From NCBI RefSeq assembly GCF_009914755.1, contig NC_060928.1: a DNA stretch of 64,000 nucleotides, one strand, 5' to 3'. Origin of the DNA: the human T2T-CHM13v2.0 reference genome, Homo sapiens. The translations under genes and the position numbers were made by a program. This document shows, in pieces, positions 1-17,399 of the stretch (its first letter is position 1; every line of letters begins with the position of its first letter). The notes beneath the pieces are model-generated. The model was not told the DNA's origin. It saw only the letters and a list, made by a program, of their open reading frames with translations, and made no database searches.

Positions 1-418
1 CCATCCTGCTGAGAGCCACCTCCAACAGTCAATAAAATCCCACATGCATCCTTCAAGTTTGTGTGTGACCTGATCTTCCAGGACACTGGACAAGAGCTTG
101 AGATACAGAAAGCTGTCATACTGGCCCCCTGCCCTTGCAAAAAGGCAGAGGGTTCACTGAGCTGGTTAACCCTTAAGCCATCTGCGGATCACAAGGCTAA
201 AAGAGCACACTACAACGCAGACCCACTTGGGCTTTGGGAGTTGCAGACACCCACCCCTAGATGCTGCTGTTGGGCTAGAGCCCAAAAGCACTCACCCTGA
301 TTCCTGCACCTGCCCATCTGCATGCTCCCCATCCTGTAAAAGGTCATAGTGGCTGACCAGAGAGCCACACCTCTGTTGCATGTCCTGCAAGTGGGGGCCA
401 GAAAACTTTCCTGTTTCA
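1..418 (+). mobile_element. ERV1-class LTR (LTR1/LTR27/LTR28-like), 3' part; appears nested in a MER4 LTR
   Basis: AATAAA near 31, ends TTTCCTGTTTCA at 418; collinear with the LTR at 2547-3273 (e.g. GAGCCCAAAAGCACTCACCCTG shared). Confidence 0.7.
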
Positions 419-648
419 CCACTCATGTTGTCCTGCCTTTCCAGACCAAACCAATGTACACCTTACATGGATGGATTGATGTCTTATGTCTTCCTAAAAT
501 GTGTAAAACCATTTTTACATTTTGTAGGCCGATCACCTTGGGCACATATCATCAGGACCTCCTGAGGCTGTCATGGGCATGTCCTTAACCTTGGCCAAGT
601 AAACTCTTAAATTAATTGAGACTTGTCTCAGAAACATTTTGGTTTATA
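419..648 (+). mobile_element. MER4-family LTR, 3' part
   Basis: Resembles recalled MER4 consensus: GACCAAACCAATGTACA..., CACCTTGGGCACAT..TCAGGACCTCCTGAGGCTGT, ends TTTTGGTTTATA. Confidence 0.7.
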
Positions 649-719
649 ATAAGCCTTCTAAATGTTCTCTTTCTTACCTATAAAGTTGGGATCTTAATAG
701 AAGCTACCACTTGGAGTTG

Positions 720-1040
720 TGGTGAGGATTCATTAATTCATTCAATAGTCCATAAATGTTTTTAAGCACCAACTACATGCTAGTCATCCTTTTAACACTC
801 ACCAGGTTAAACAGGAGAAATAAATAAAGGTTATATTATTAGAGAGCTTGCATGCTAGTGGGAGAGAAATAAAACAACTACACATGAAGCTTCAGAGTAT
901 GACAAGTACTTTGATGGAACTAACACAAGGCGATACAACAGAAAGCATTTGGCAGTGGGTATGCCAACTTAAACAGAGTAGTCAGAGGAGACCTCCTGAA
1001 AGAGGTAATATTTAAACCACACACAGAAAGGAGCTAATAT
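720..1040 (-). mobile_element. L2 fragment
   Basis: ATTCATTCAA..AAATGTTTTTAAGCACCAACTACATGCTAG pattern typical of a reversed L2 3' end. Confidence 0.45.
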
Positions 1041-1167
1041 GTGCAAAGCTATATATACTCGGTAGATAGTATGTCAATGCATGTCAACTATTTTAAAAAT
1101 AAATATATTTGCAATAGAATGTTAGAATGGAAGATTTTCTGCCTCACTTTTTTAGAAATCAGGGATT

Positions 1168-1430
1168 TGTGTGTGTGTGTGTATGACAGGGTCTCACTCT
1201 GTCACTCAGGCTGGAGTGCAGTGGTGCCATCATGGCTCACTCTAGCCTCAACTTGCTGAGCTCAATTGATCCTCCCACCTCAGCCTCTTGAGTAGCTGGG
1301 ACTACAAGTGCTCCCTACCATGCCTGGCTAGTTTTTTTGTTTTTTTTTTGTAGAGACAGGGTTTCGCCATGTTACCTAGGTTGGTTTCAAACTCCTAGGC
1401 TCAAGTGATCCTCCCATGTTAGCCTCCCAG
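1168..1430 (-). mobile_element. AluJ-like, 5'-truncated, tail replaced by (GT)n
   Basis: GACAGGGTCTCACTCTGTC...CTCAAGTGATCCTCCC. Confidence 0.85.
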
Positions 1431-1898
1431 AATGAATCAGGGGAAATATTGTCCTCAAAGATCCTGACCTCAAATGCCCCATCAGGCTTGTACCTTTCAA
1501 GAATTCTCTCATTATGACATTAAACATCTTCAATTCTTTCTTGTTTGATAGACAGTCAAACATGTTTTTAACTCTCCCTGAATAACTTGTCTCCCATTCA
1601 TTCTTTTTTTATTATGCCTATTTAATCCAACACAGGAATACAATTTTTGTCCTTTAGGTATAGAAAAACCACGGTAGGATGCAGATATCTACAGGAAGCA
1701 AAGGCAGATAGAGATAGGTGCCTGGGGCACCTAGGGACCCAAAAACATCATTGGGAAGCTGGTGTCACTGGGAAATTGTGTTTGTAACAACTTCCCTTGG
1801 AATTCGTTCTATTGTAAGTGAATGGAAAGGATATTTTGATAGGACCCTCAGGGTATGGGTTGAGAGCCCCAAGGGATATACTTGCTCTGCCTTCGAAA

Positions 1899-1998
1899 GA
1901 GAATGGGTCCAGTTAATCGAGAATGGGTCCAGTTAATCGAGAATGGGTCCAGTTAATCGAGAATGGGTCCAGTTAATCGAGAATGGGTCCAGTTAATC
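1899..1998. repeat. Minisatellite: 5 perfect copies of GAGAATGGGTCCAGTTAATC (20 bp)
   Basis: Read directly; units start at 1899, 1919, 1939, 1959 and 1979. Confidence 0.97.
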
Positions 1999-2546
1999 AC
2001 CTCTGATTGTTGTTTGCTTGTTTGTTTGTTTTTCTAGTTGGAGTCTGCAAGTGCGGGTCAGAACTAAATTTCTCTGGAAAACAGAGCAGAATCTAAATAA
2101 TGTCATCTGGAGTTTTTCTTCTTCACAGCATTGCTGTTCCTCTAAATAAATGTTGAACAAATATTTAAAGAATGTTAATTTGAACTATGGTCAAATTATT
2201 GGCCTGTCCTGGTCCTGCTCAGGTTGTTAAAGTTAATGAGCCACAGAAATGGGTTCAACTGAGTCAAAATGCTGTCCCGGGAAATCACAGAAGAGTTGTG
2301 TCCAACGGTCTACAAAGAGCCACTTCTTTTAAAGCTCTGGACCCTTATGTCCTCTGAAAGCAAATACTTTTTTATCCTTAAAAAACCATTAACTCTTTTT
2401 GGCCACCGGAGGATGCCCTTTCAAGAGATGAGTAGTGTATCACTACTAAGACATAACCATCATTTCTGCTTCTGGGAAAAGGAAAAAAAAAAGAGTACTT
2501 GTAAAGCACCTATTATTGAGCTGAAAAGAACACACTTGCTTGTCAC

Positions 2547-3273
2547 TGATACCAACAGGAGGCAGGGAAATACTAGGTAGAAGCGGGCAGTTCCCCAGCA
2601 AAATCCCCACCTTCAAGCCTGGAAACCTGCTGCCCTAAATGGGAACAGGCATTTTTATTTTTGTGCCCAGATGCTGCCCTTTCCAAGACTGCTCTAGCCT
2701 GCCACACCCCTGTACTGTGCCCATATAAACCCCAAGCTCCATTGGCAGGTGACAGAGCAGTGCAGCAGAGAAGAAGAGAAGAGGAGGAGTGTCTAAACAT
2801 TGAGAGGAGTTCTGCTGGGGGCAGTCAGAGACGAGATCGGCTGCAGGATGGTCAAACTCCCAGGGAAGATCATCTTCCCACTCCATCCCATTTCCAGCTC
2901 CCCATGCATCCCACTGAGAGCCATCTCCATCACTCAATAAAATCTCTGCATTCACCATCCTTCAAGTCCGTGTGACCTGATTCTTCCTGGATGCCATACA
3001 AGGACCCAGGTATCAAGAGGGCAGGATGCAAAAGGCTGTCACCCTGACTTTCCACTGAGGTGGTTAACACTTAGCCATCTGCAGACAGAAAAGCTAAAAG
3101 AGCATTGTAACACCTCTAGACACTGTTGTGGGGCCAGAGCCCAAAAGCACTCACCCTGGCTCACCTGCATGCTCCTCCTCCCGTAAGGGATTTGAGCACA
3201 CAGCGGCTGAGTAAATGAGCCACCCTCTTCACAAGGCGTTCTGCAAAGGTGTCAAGGGAATTCTCCTGTCTCA
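2547..3273 (+). mobile_element. Solo ERV1 LTR (LTR1-like), 727 bp
   Basis: TG...CA ends; 4-bp TSD TCAC (2543-2546 and 3274-3277); CCCATATAAA TATA-like box; AATAAA near 2936; 5' end TGATACCAACAGGAGGCAGGGAAATACT. Confidence 0.85.
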
Positions 3274-3533
3274 TCACTTACATAAATTCTCTTATTTAAT
3301 TCACACATTGATCCAGTGAGGTAGGTACTTTCATCCCATTTTATAGATGAAGACATTGAGGCTTGGAAAGGTGAAATAATTCACCCAGGTCACACAGTGG
3401 TCAAATAATGTGCCTGGGTTACACAATGAGCTTGAGCAAAGTTGTGACACAAATCCAGGTGTGGCTGCCTCCAAAGTTCATGTTGTTTCCATGACACCAG
3501 GGCGTGGTATGATATTTATCAGGGTGTTGTTTA

Positions 3534-3734
<201 letters not shown>

Positions 3735-4446
3735 TTACAAGTAGAAAGAAAGACTGTTAAAATATTAGGGCTGGAAAATGTTTAGGAAGTATCTATTATT
3801 TGACAGAGAGGTTAAAAAATGTATAAAGTGGAGAGGATATGAAGCCATTTTAATACTCTCACTGTGGCTTAAACGTAATTCAAGGACTCAAGTTTCAAAA
3901 CACAAACTTTATTTATTTGGTGATGTTTGTATAACAAATTAAGGATAACAAAATGCACTCTCTGCTCCCAAAGACAACAGCGAACACACTTCTGTGCCTT
4001 TCTAAACTAAACCTACCAAAACTAGACCTGGGACCCAAAATATTTATGTTCCCAGTCTGGTTTTTTTTTTCCTGGTGAGTAAACTTGTAAGGCAAATAAA
4101 ACTGTGATTTCAGTTCTTCCTGTTGGTCTTCTCACTCCATTCCTAAAGGGCTTTTCTCCCTTGATACTTTTTCTTCTTAGGGAAAAGTCCAATGAAATCA
4201 TCTAATAAACAAATTCAGTGTTAGAAATCTAACCCACATATATCTAAGAGTATAGCTGAAGTGAAATTTTTACTGTATATTTCTCATTTTATAGAAGCAA
4301 ATCAGGAAAAAATAAACTGTTTTTAAAATAACCCTCTTGAAAACTGTACCAAACTTAATGGTTTAGTGTCTCCTTTTAATACAGCAATACCACCATCTGC
4401 TGGAACTTTTGAATAATGCATTTAAAAGAATTGTAAAATCTGATAG

Positions 4447-4810
<364 letters not shown>

Positions 4811-4819
4811 TCATAGGTA

Positions 4820-5720
4820 TGTTTTAAAAGTAACATGGGAGGATATATTCATGGCCTTGGAATTGGCATAAATTTATTCAACAGAATATAACCACAAAGA
4901 AAAATATTGATAAATTATACTTCATAAAACTTCTGTTCATCAAAAATACCCCCATTAAGAAAGTAAAAAGTTAAGCCACAGAAGATATTTCTAAAATATA
5001 CAACCAACATAGAATTCTTATTCTGAATATAAATAAATCAACTAGAGAAGACATATACCCTAACTTTTTTAAGGGTAAAAAATGTGAATGGAGTATTCCC
5101 TTATGAAGAGAATATCCAAATGGCCACTAAGCCAAATTGATAAAAATAATTAGTCATCAGGGAAATGTAAATTTAGACCATAATGAGATACTATGACACA
5201 CCAGATTGGCTAACATGTAAAAAAAAACCTAGAATAAAATATTGGCAAGGGCAAAGGTATGGAGCCGCTAGAACTTACATATTGTTGATGGGAGTGTAAT
5301 TTGGTATAAGCTCTTTAGAAAACTGACTGTATCTACTACATCTAAACATATGCATAGCCTATGACCCAGCAGGTGTACACTTAAGCACATATCCAACATA
5401 TGCTGGAATGTAAATGTGCACTTAACTTCATCAAAACACACACAAAAATGTTCTTAACAATATTATTTGTAAGAGCCAAAAATTGGTAACAACCCGAATG
5501 GCCATCTACAAGAAGCATGGCTAAATCAGTTGTGGTATGTCATGCAGTGTAGCACTGCACCACAGTGAAAATAAACCAACCCCACCCAGGACCATGGATG
5601 AAACTCACAGATGTAATGAGGTGAGGAGGAAGCCAGACACAAAAAACTGCAGCGTCCGATTCTGTTTATATAACGTAATCAAACCAGGCAAAACAAATCA
5701 ATCTATAGACTTATGAGTTG
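4820..5720 (+). mobile_element. Old L1M 3' region
   Basis: TAGTCATCAGGGAAATGTAAATT, GTTGATGGGAGTGTAA, GGTAACAACCCGAATG motifs. Confidence 0.65.
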
Positions 5721-6449
5721 TACACTATTCTATTTGTTTTTAAATTTTTTAAGTTTATTTTTAAGAAATTAAAAAGAATCATGTTTAACTTAAGTAAATT
5801 GTTAATGGTAGAACTTTGTATTATATATACTATCTGTGGGCCAGAGGAATAATACAGGCACCAATAATAGCCAGAAATCTTGCTTCCATCCCACTTAACT
5901 TAATGAGATCCTGAGTCCCAGTTACTTTTTTCCCAATATATTGTGTTATTAATTTTTTCAGTACATTCTGAATCCCACTATTGAGAGAAGTTTAAAGGAA
6001 TAAAATGTCACCAAATTAGAAAATAGGATTCCCTGGCACTTACGTATTCTCACAGATTTACAAATACCACATTTGCTAGAAAGTGGTTCAAATTGAACTT
6101 TGTGCATGTTCTATTAGAAACAAAAAAAAAGATGAAGACGATACTTTCAGCAGCTCTTTTTAGTAGCTTCTCTTGGAGAGGAATCATTTCCCAGGCACCC
6201 TTGAAACCAAAGAACAACAACCCAAACATCCAAATAAAAAGAATTGTAATTTATCAAAAGGGTGAAGATTAAGGCTCCTGGTAATGTAACAGTGAAATCT
6301 GAAGTCAAACGGAAGCATTTCTCCCCAAAGTTTAAATTGTCCTTATGAGATGCACATATTTAAACATCTCAGAAGGGTGATGTAAACTTTGAGAAGAAAT
6401 GTTTCTAGATAGACATTTCGGAAGTGCTGAGAGTTCAAAGAATCAATAG

Positions 6450-6767
<318 letters not shown>

Positions 6768-6825
6768 AGGTAGATTCTTTACTACTGGATTTGCTATTTT
6801 ACTTCAGCATGTGTGCACACTTTAC

Positions 6826-6900
6826 CGTAGCTAAACCCAGCTGTGGCTGGTAAACAACTGCCCATCAGCCCAACTGGATATCGGAGACGAGTCATGAGAC
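6826..6900 (-). CDS. TXK: TXK coding exon 9: SH2 end and linker (GLMTRLRYPVGLMGSCLPATAGFSY)
   Basis: 75 nt, AG/GT ends, Tec-family TRLRYPV and PATAG motifs. Confidence 0.96.
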
Positions 6901-7664
6901 CTAAGGAGAAAGAGAAATCAATATTTCAAGCCTAGTTGCTAATATAGAAGAAAGAATGAAATATTCTAGAAGACAGTACCATTCTTTAAATAATTAGACA
7001 AACAAAATTCATTCTACCAGTTAGTCAGCAGTTTGCTTATTTTCCCACATTTTCCAAAAAAAAATATATACTCATTGTATACAATTTAAAGAATCTAAGG
7101 AAGTATAAAGATGACCCTAAAAAATCCCTCACAAAATCTTAGTATTCACAGATAGATTGTTATCATCTTGGTGAATATTTTTGCAAAAATCACTATGTGC
7201 ATAATTGAAAACATGAACACATCCAATATATTTTGCAGAAATATAAATATTTTGTTAAAAGCTTTTTGCACTATGCACGTAATTGATATATGTCATTGAC
7301 TATAAACAGAGCTTAAATTTATTTCCAAGATTTCGCTATTATAAAATATGCCATATGTCCTTGAACATACATTTGTCTGTACTTCTCAAATTATCACCTT
7401 ATAAAATGTGATTTCCAGGTCAAAGCGTGTCCAGAAAGGATGTACTAATTTATTCAACCACCAACGGTGTTGAAGTGTGCCCATTTTGTATAATCTTTGT
7501 TTATTTGATTTTTAATAGCATGGTAGAGTAAATGAGACTTCATTTAATTGGGTTAACATATAGATTTCTATACATCAAATGTCTCTTTTTTTCCTTTCAG
7601 TGACCCACTTAGGCATATACCTTACGTTTCAACTTAGTTTAATAATCATTTATTATTTATTTGT

Positions 7665-9760
<2,096 letters not shown>

Positions 9761-11152
9761 AAAGGGAGACAGTCAGAAGAATGGAAGAGATACAGGAGAG
9801 AAAGGAACAGTGGATGGCAGGTAAGGGCAAGAGCACAGGCATGCCCTCACTACTACTGGAGGGAATGAGGATGAGAGGGCATGGGGACAGAAGAGGAGAC
9901 GGAGGTCGCTCATGCCTGGTGACTTCACTTTTCCTAGTGAGGTACACAGACAGGGGATTTGCTAATAAGGCAGTGGTTAATTTTGGTAAAGGAGTCTTGA
10001 GAATGGTAAAAGTTTGAACAGGGAACAGGAATGGATGCTCACCGTGACTCTAACACCTAGTTCAGGTTAAAGCCCTCATCTAACCTCATTTAACCTTATC
10101 ACCAAAACCACTCTTTCTTTTTTCTTTGGAGGAAGGAGAAAGAGGAATATAAAGGAGAAAACTCAGAACTGACATCTTGACTCTATCTCTAGCTACAACT
10201 AAGACCTTTATTGCCCCACCCAGATATTTTACCCTCACTCCTTAACCAAAATTCCAGTGAATAGCCATGTGGATGCATCCCACAAGTGGATAAAAATGTC
10301 CTTTGATATATTCCTGATACTTAGAACCAGTGTAATGGAAAAGTGAGCTCTTTCCAAAAGGAATATTTGTCAACACTTTTCATGAGAGAAATCTAAAAAA
10401 GAAGTGCATGCATGACAAGCAGTCAAAATGACATGAAAAGTTACCGTGGATTCTGAATTCTGCAATGCTGAGATAAGAAGATTCCCCATGGGCTCAGAGT
10501 GGTTCAGCACAGGTTGGGCAAGGGCTGAAGGCCAGAGAGGTGATTTTAATTGTGGTGGAACTTTCTGGGATCCTACATCTTTCCACAGATGATAGGTTTG
10601 CACAAAGAGCAATTATTGCAAACAATGTCTGGGGAGATGGGTTAAATATGCCTCTGGTATAGTTAGGCTAAATTGTAACTGTGAAAGGCTGTGTTCTCTG
10701 TGACTTTTTATATTCTCCAAACAAGAAAGAACAGAGAGTGAGAGATATAAGGGTGATTTTCTATTACAATCGTCAAAAGTAGAGAGCAGATTTATGGGGG
10801 CAAAGGGAAAGAAGCATCATTATTTAGGGTATTTGAAATCTTATTACATTTAGCCCTATGTAAATTTCCAGAACAAATGCATAATGATTGATGACTATTT
10901 GCTTCTCTGTCATCTATCATTTTTCTAACCTGGTAGAAATATAAGAAATTGACCTACCTCTTGCCCCCAACCAACCAGAAAAATGAAGAGGCATCAATAA
11001 GAAAGATAATTGCTCAAAAGATAAGTTGTACTTCAAGCTTTTAAACTATTTCTATAGGGAGATTTGCTCCTGTTGAGTGCCTGATACCAAAGATGCATTG
11101 CCCATCAAGGGCATGGCTCCCTGACTCACCCAGCTGGAAGTTCCCCTCTTAC

Positions 11153-11280
11153 CGGCTGCATTGTGCTGGTGATACCAGATTAACTCAGGGATTGATTGAA
11201 AGGCGTGTCTTTCAGCCACATACCACTGTCCTGAGTCATTCTTTTTTATCTGATAATGTTTTATGGCAGCCTCCGTACTT
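11153..11280 (-). CDS. TXK: TXK coding exon 8: SH2 (STEAAIKHYQIKKNDSGQWYVAERHAFQSIPELIWYHQHNAA)
   Basis: 128 nt, AG/GT ends; matches the ORF 11052..11345. Confidence 0.97.
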
Positions 11281-11649
11281 CTACAATCAAGAAAATGTGA
11301 ATTACTAGAAATGTGAAAGATCAATTTGGATCTAAGCCAACTCATTAAACAACAGGACTCCAGTTCTAAAACTCATCCTAGCAACACTACACTGAGAAGT
11401 AGATTGGCTAAATTCAACAAGTGCCCCCCCATGCCAAGAAAATTCCTCAACTACATTATTGGGGCCTTAGATTCAAACATAACTTCAGCCAAAGTTGTCT
11501 GAGTGACAAGACCAGTGTTCAGAAAAGTAGATCTCATAATGAATACATGTAAGTACATATTGAATATCAAGTATTGGTTAAATGAATGAACACATGCACT
11601 GTAAGCAATTGGAGATGGGAGACAAGAAGGGAGGAAAAACCAATGCCAG

Positions 11650-11990
11650 GTGCATTAGTTAGTAGGTTACTACTATGGGCAATTGGGGCTCAATACTTGT
11701 AGGAACCTAGGAGAGACTGGGGAACACACCTCACAATTGTCCCACTGAAGTGCAAAGAAGCTGAGATATTTATCCACCAACTCCCATTCTCTTTAACCTA
11801 GCATTGCTCCTGGGATGTTACCTCTCAGGCACTTTCAGCCTAGCCACGGGGCCCACAAGTTCCCACAGCCAGAGAACATCCTCAGGCAGACAGACACAGG
11901 AAGCTTTCTGAGTGCAAGAGACTTTTCTGCAAGTGAATCCCAGAACAGACCAAGGGATATGAGGAAAGCGCCCAACAGCGTCTACTACAA
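11650..11990 (-). mobile_element. ERVL-class LTR fragment (LTR33/LTR16-like)
   Basis: GATATTTATCCACCAACTCCCATT motif, TG..CA bounds. Confidence 0.4.
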
Positions 11991-12218
11991 CTAATCTCCC
12001 CCTCTTTACTTTATGGTTGAGAAAAGGAAGACGGGAGAGGTTAAGAAACTTATGCAATGTCACACAGAGCATGCTAGGGATATATCACGGACTGGTTGGT
12101 TTTTCTAACTTCCAGGTCAACAATCTTTTCCCTAAGCTAAGCTCTCACTAACATTCTCTATGTGATGGAGACTGTGCCAGGGATTATTTCTATAGTAACC
12201 AAAATCACAAGTGCTTAC

Positions 12219-12298
12219 CTTCTAGCTCCCATAAATACGGAAATTGTGTAGGATCCTAAATGTCTTGAATCTCTGACAATAAATGCACCTTCTTTAGA
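12219..12298 (-). CDS. TXK: TXK coding exon 7: SH2 (SKEGAFIVRDSRHLGSYTISVFMGAR)
   Basis: 80 nt, FIVRDS phosphotyrosine-pocket motif, AG/GT ends. Confidence 0.97.
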
Positions 12299-13582
12299 CT
12301 GCAAAAAAAATCATTTATTGAATAAGTCTATTCCTTCTTAGAAAGACAAACCTACAACTCAGGGATGAAAATCAAAGCTATATTGACTTACCATAAATAA
12401 GTGACCTGCTATATTATTAATATGAAGAATTAGATTGTCTTTACAAGTACACAAAATCTTATCTCCCTTATAGATTTAGAAGTCACACCTATAAAATAAA
12501 TTGTAATTGGGACATGCATTTATAATGTACTTTAGAATGCTGTTACTGATTTTTCTAAGAAAAATTCTCTATTTGAAAACCTTGTACCCTACTGCTTATT
12601 TTTGTTATATTGACCAGAATAATAGATTAAAAATCACTGTAGAATAGGAAGAACACTAAGACAGACTGACCGGATTGTACTTTGGAAGAAGAGCAACAAG
12701 GTGACAGGGAGGAACACAGCTGGGCAAGCAGGGCGTGGGGAAGGACACCAGAGTTCATGGGAAGTAGAAAGAAAGAACAGATATGGGGGAGTCTGAAAAG
12801 AAAAGCAAAAGGAACCATATTAGTTGCAGTAGGGGTATGGGAAGATAAAAAGAAGTGGTAAAAGGGAGAACATGATAGTAAATCTGAAGTTATGTTATAA
12901 ATTAGATTCCTATTAACATTCTTTGGGAGATGCCAATAAAGCTGTAAATTGCTTTCAAAGAATCTTGAATGTTGCATTGTTTAGATTCGTTTGTTTGATA
13001 TTGTAAAATGATTTAGCTTTACTGAGTGTGCTTATGCTCATGAAGAGGGAAAATACATCTCAGAATCTTGTCAAACCCATAGAAGCTTACACTTATAAAG
13101 TGCTGGTATTATTTACATTGTGCTTGAGAATTGCAGAACCCAAATAGCATGGTCTGACCCTCAAGGTAAACGTACTACATTAAGTAGAGTCTTCTCCTTC
13201 TCATTCCAGATATTCACCCAGATATAAGCCTTATTCCCTGGTCAAATTGTTTTAACCAAAGAATCTCTTGCAGCCATTCGAAATAATAAAATCTAGCTTT
13301 TACTATATTCCTACAATGTACAAGGGTACTGTTACATACCACAGAGGACACAAGATGTAAAAGACAAAGATGAAAAAGTAAAGTTGAATGTATTGTGTAT
13401 ATGTATATAATACACACAAACAAGTATATATAATATGCATATAAAGTTGCATATGTAGTGATAGCTTTATAGAAACAAAGTAGAAAGGGTACAAGCAAGA
13501 TTTCCTGACTACAAAGCAATAAAACCAGAAATTAATAGCAAACTGAAAACTAAAAAAGCTCCTATCACCTAAAGATTTTTAA

Positions 13583-13905
<323 letters not shown>

Positions 13906-14462
13906 TTTAAATTCTCTTTCATATAGCTCAAAGAAATTCAAATAAAAGCGAAGAATATCTAGAAAGTAATAAGGAAACATCACATATTAGCACCTCTGCT
14001 ATGCAGTTCAAGCAGTACTCAGAAAAATAAATTTATAGTCTTATTACTTATATCAACAAGCAATAGCAATAAAAATAAGCATATTCAACTCAAGAAATTA
14101 GGATTAAAAACTATAAAATAAGCCCAAATCAAGTAGAAGAAATAAATTAATAAAGACAAAACATAAAATAATAAATTATTAAAGTAAGAATATAATATGA
14201 CTAGTAAATTCAAAATCTGGTTGCTTAGGGAAAAATAATAGATAAACTGCTAATTAACCTAATCACTAAATAATGGTGAAAATCAATCAAAAATAATAAG
14301 TCACAAGGAGAAAATTATCAAGGATCCAGTAAAAATTAAGGAATTTACTTGATTCTATACAATAAATTTGGAAACTCGAATGAAATGGATAATAAACTAG
14401 TAAGACATAAAATTTATCAAAATTGAATGCAGAAGAGTTAGGAATCTTAATGGACCTGTTGA

Positions 14463-15125
<663 letters not shown>

Positions 15126-15479
15126 AAAAGCTCCCACATTTAAACAGTACTATAGTCACACATTACAATGTACCGAACCTTAAAGAAAAAAATGGTATAG
15201 AGATGAAACTATGCCACAGCACATGACATGAAAAGAAGAAAAACTTTTCAGTTTGTATGTAAAAAATGAGCTTAATATCAATAATCAACAGCACCGCCAG
15301 AACTGTGCACAAAAGAGAAAACTACTGACCAGTCTTATCAATGTAAAAATTCTAAATAAAATGTTAAGAAATAAATCCCATGGCACAAACGAATGATATA
15401 CCATGACCAAGAAGAATTGCATGATGAATGTAAGAATAATTCAGTATTTGGGATTTTATTAACATAATTTATCATATTA

Positions 15480-15545
15480 TTAGGTTTGTGCAAAAGTAAT
15501 TGTGTTTTTTTCTATTAAAACCACAGTTACTTTTGCACCAACATA
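15480..15545. mobile_element. Made1 (Hsmar1 MITE), palindromic
   Basis: TTAGGTTTGTGCAAAAGTAATTG...CAGTTACTTTTGCACCAAC inverted termini in TA context. Confidence 0.85.
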
Positions 15546-15758
15546 TATAGCAGCGCTACGGAGAAAAACCACACGAACATCCCTAGAGATGTTGAAAAGC
15601 CATTTGACAAATTTCAACTTCTAGTATCAATTTTTAAAAATTCTCAATAAAATAGGAATGCGTGTGTACTTCCTTAACACAATAGCACTTACTCACTTTA
15701 GTCTCAAATCCAGCATCGTGCTATATGTGGAAATCATTCCAAATAAAATCTGAAAAAG

Positions 15759-16058
<300 letters not shown>

Positions 16059-16980
16059 CTAACTATCATCACTGGCATTTCATACTGTTCTGGAGACACT
16101 AGCCAATTCAACTAAGTGAGAGGCAAAAATTAAAAGTACTATATTAAAATTATAAAAGAGGAGCTGAAATCATCACTGTTGGCTGCTGATTGTATACTGG
16201 AAGCCCAAGAGAATCAACTGAAAACCTACTACATAAAACATGAGAATTCACCAAAATTATCAGTTACAAAATTAATTCACAGAAATAAAAAGCTTCATAA
16301 GTAAAAACAAGATACACTCATTTATGACACCAACACAAAAGATGAAATACTTTAAGATAAACTTAAAAATAAATGTGCAAAAGTTGTACAAAGAAAACTC
16401 TAAAATGCTCCTGAAGAATACAAAAATGTTTGCTTTTCTCATTAGGTGTTTAATATACCTATGGTTATTTTTCCAAGAGCCATGAATTTAATTTTAATTT
16501 TTTTCTATATGAATATCAATATATGGGTTCTAGAACAAATGGATCCCCAAACCTCATTGATTTGTAATGCCTGAAAATTTTTTTCCCAAATTAATCTGTA
16601 CATTTAATGCAACCAACCAACAGGAAGATTTTTTAAAATGAGACAAGGTGATTCTGAAGCTTATATGGACAAAAAATATATATTAATACATTCAGAATAT
16701 TTCTGAAAAAGAATAATGAGGGAGGCTAGCCACACTAGAGACAGCCTCTGTACTTAAAACAGTGTAGTAGTCCTCTATGAGGACTGATCAGTAAAACCAA
16801 GTAGAAAGCCCAGATATAGTCCAAAATAGGGATTTTGTTTATTATGACAGTGGTATCTCAAATCAGTGCAGAAAGGTGGATGTTTGGTAACCATCCAGAA
16901 AACAATAAAGTCAGATCCATATCTCACTCCTTACATCAGGAAAAATTACAAATGGATCAAAGATAAAAATGCGTAAAATA

Positions 16981-17399
<419 letters not shown>

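Noticed and set aside
1899-1998. Possible CRISPR-like array
   Set aside because: The repeats are contiguous with no spacers, there are no cas genes and the context is eukaryotic; it is a minisatellite.
1-3273. The two LTRs as 5' and 3' ends of one provirus
   Set aside because: The second LTR has its own TSD, the LTRs are too diverged, and the intervening DNA is MER4, L2 and Alu.
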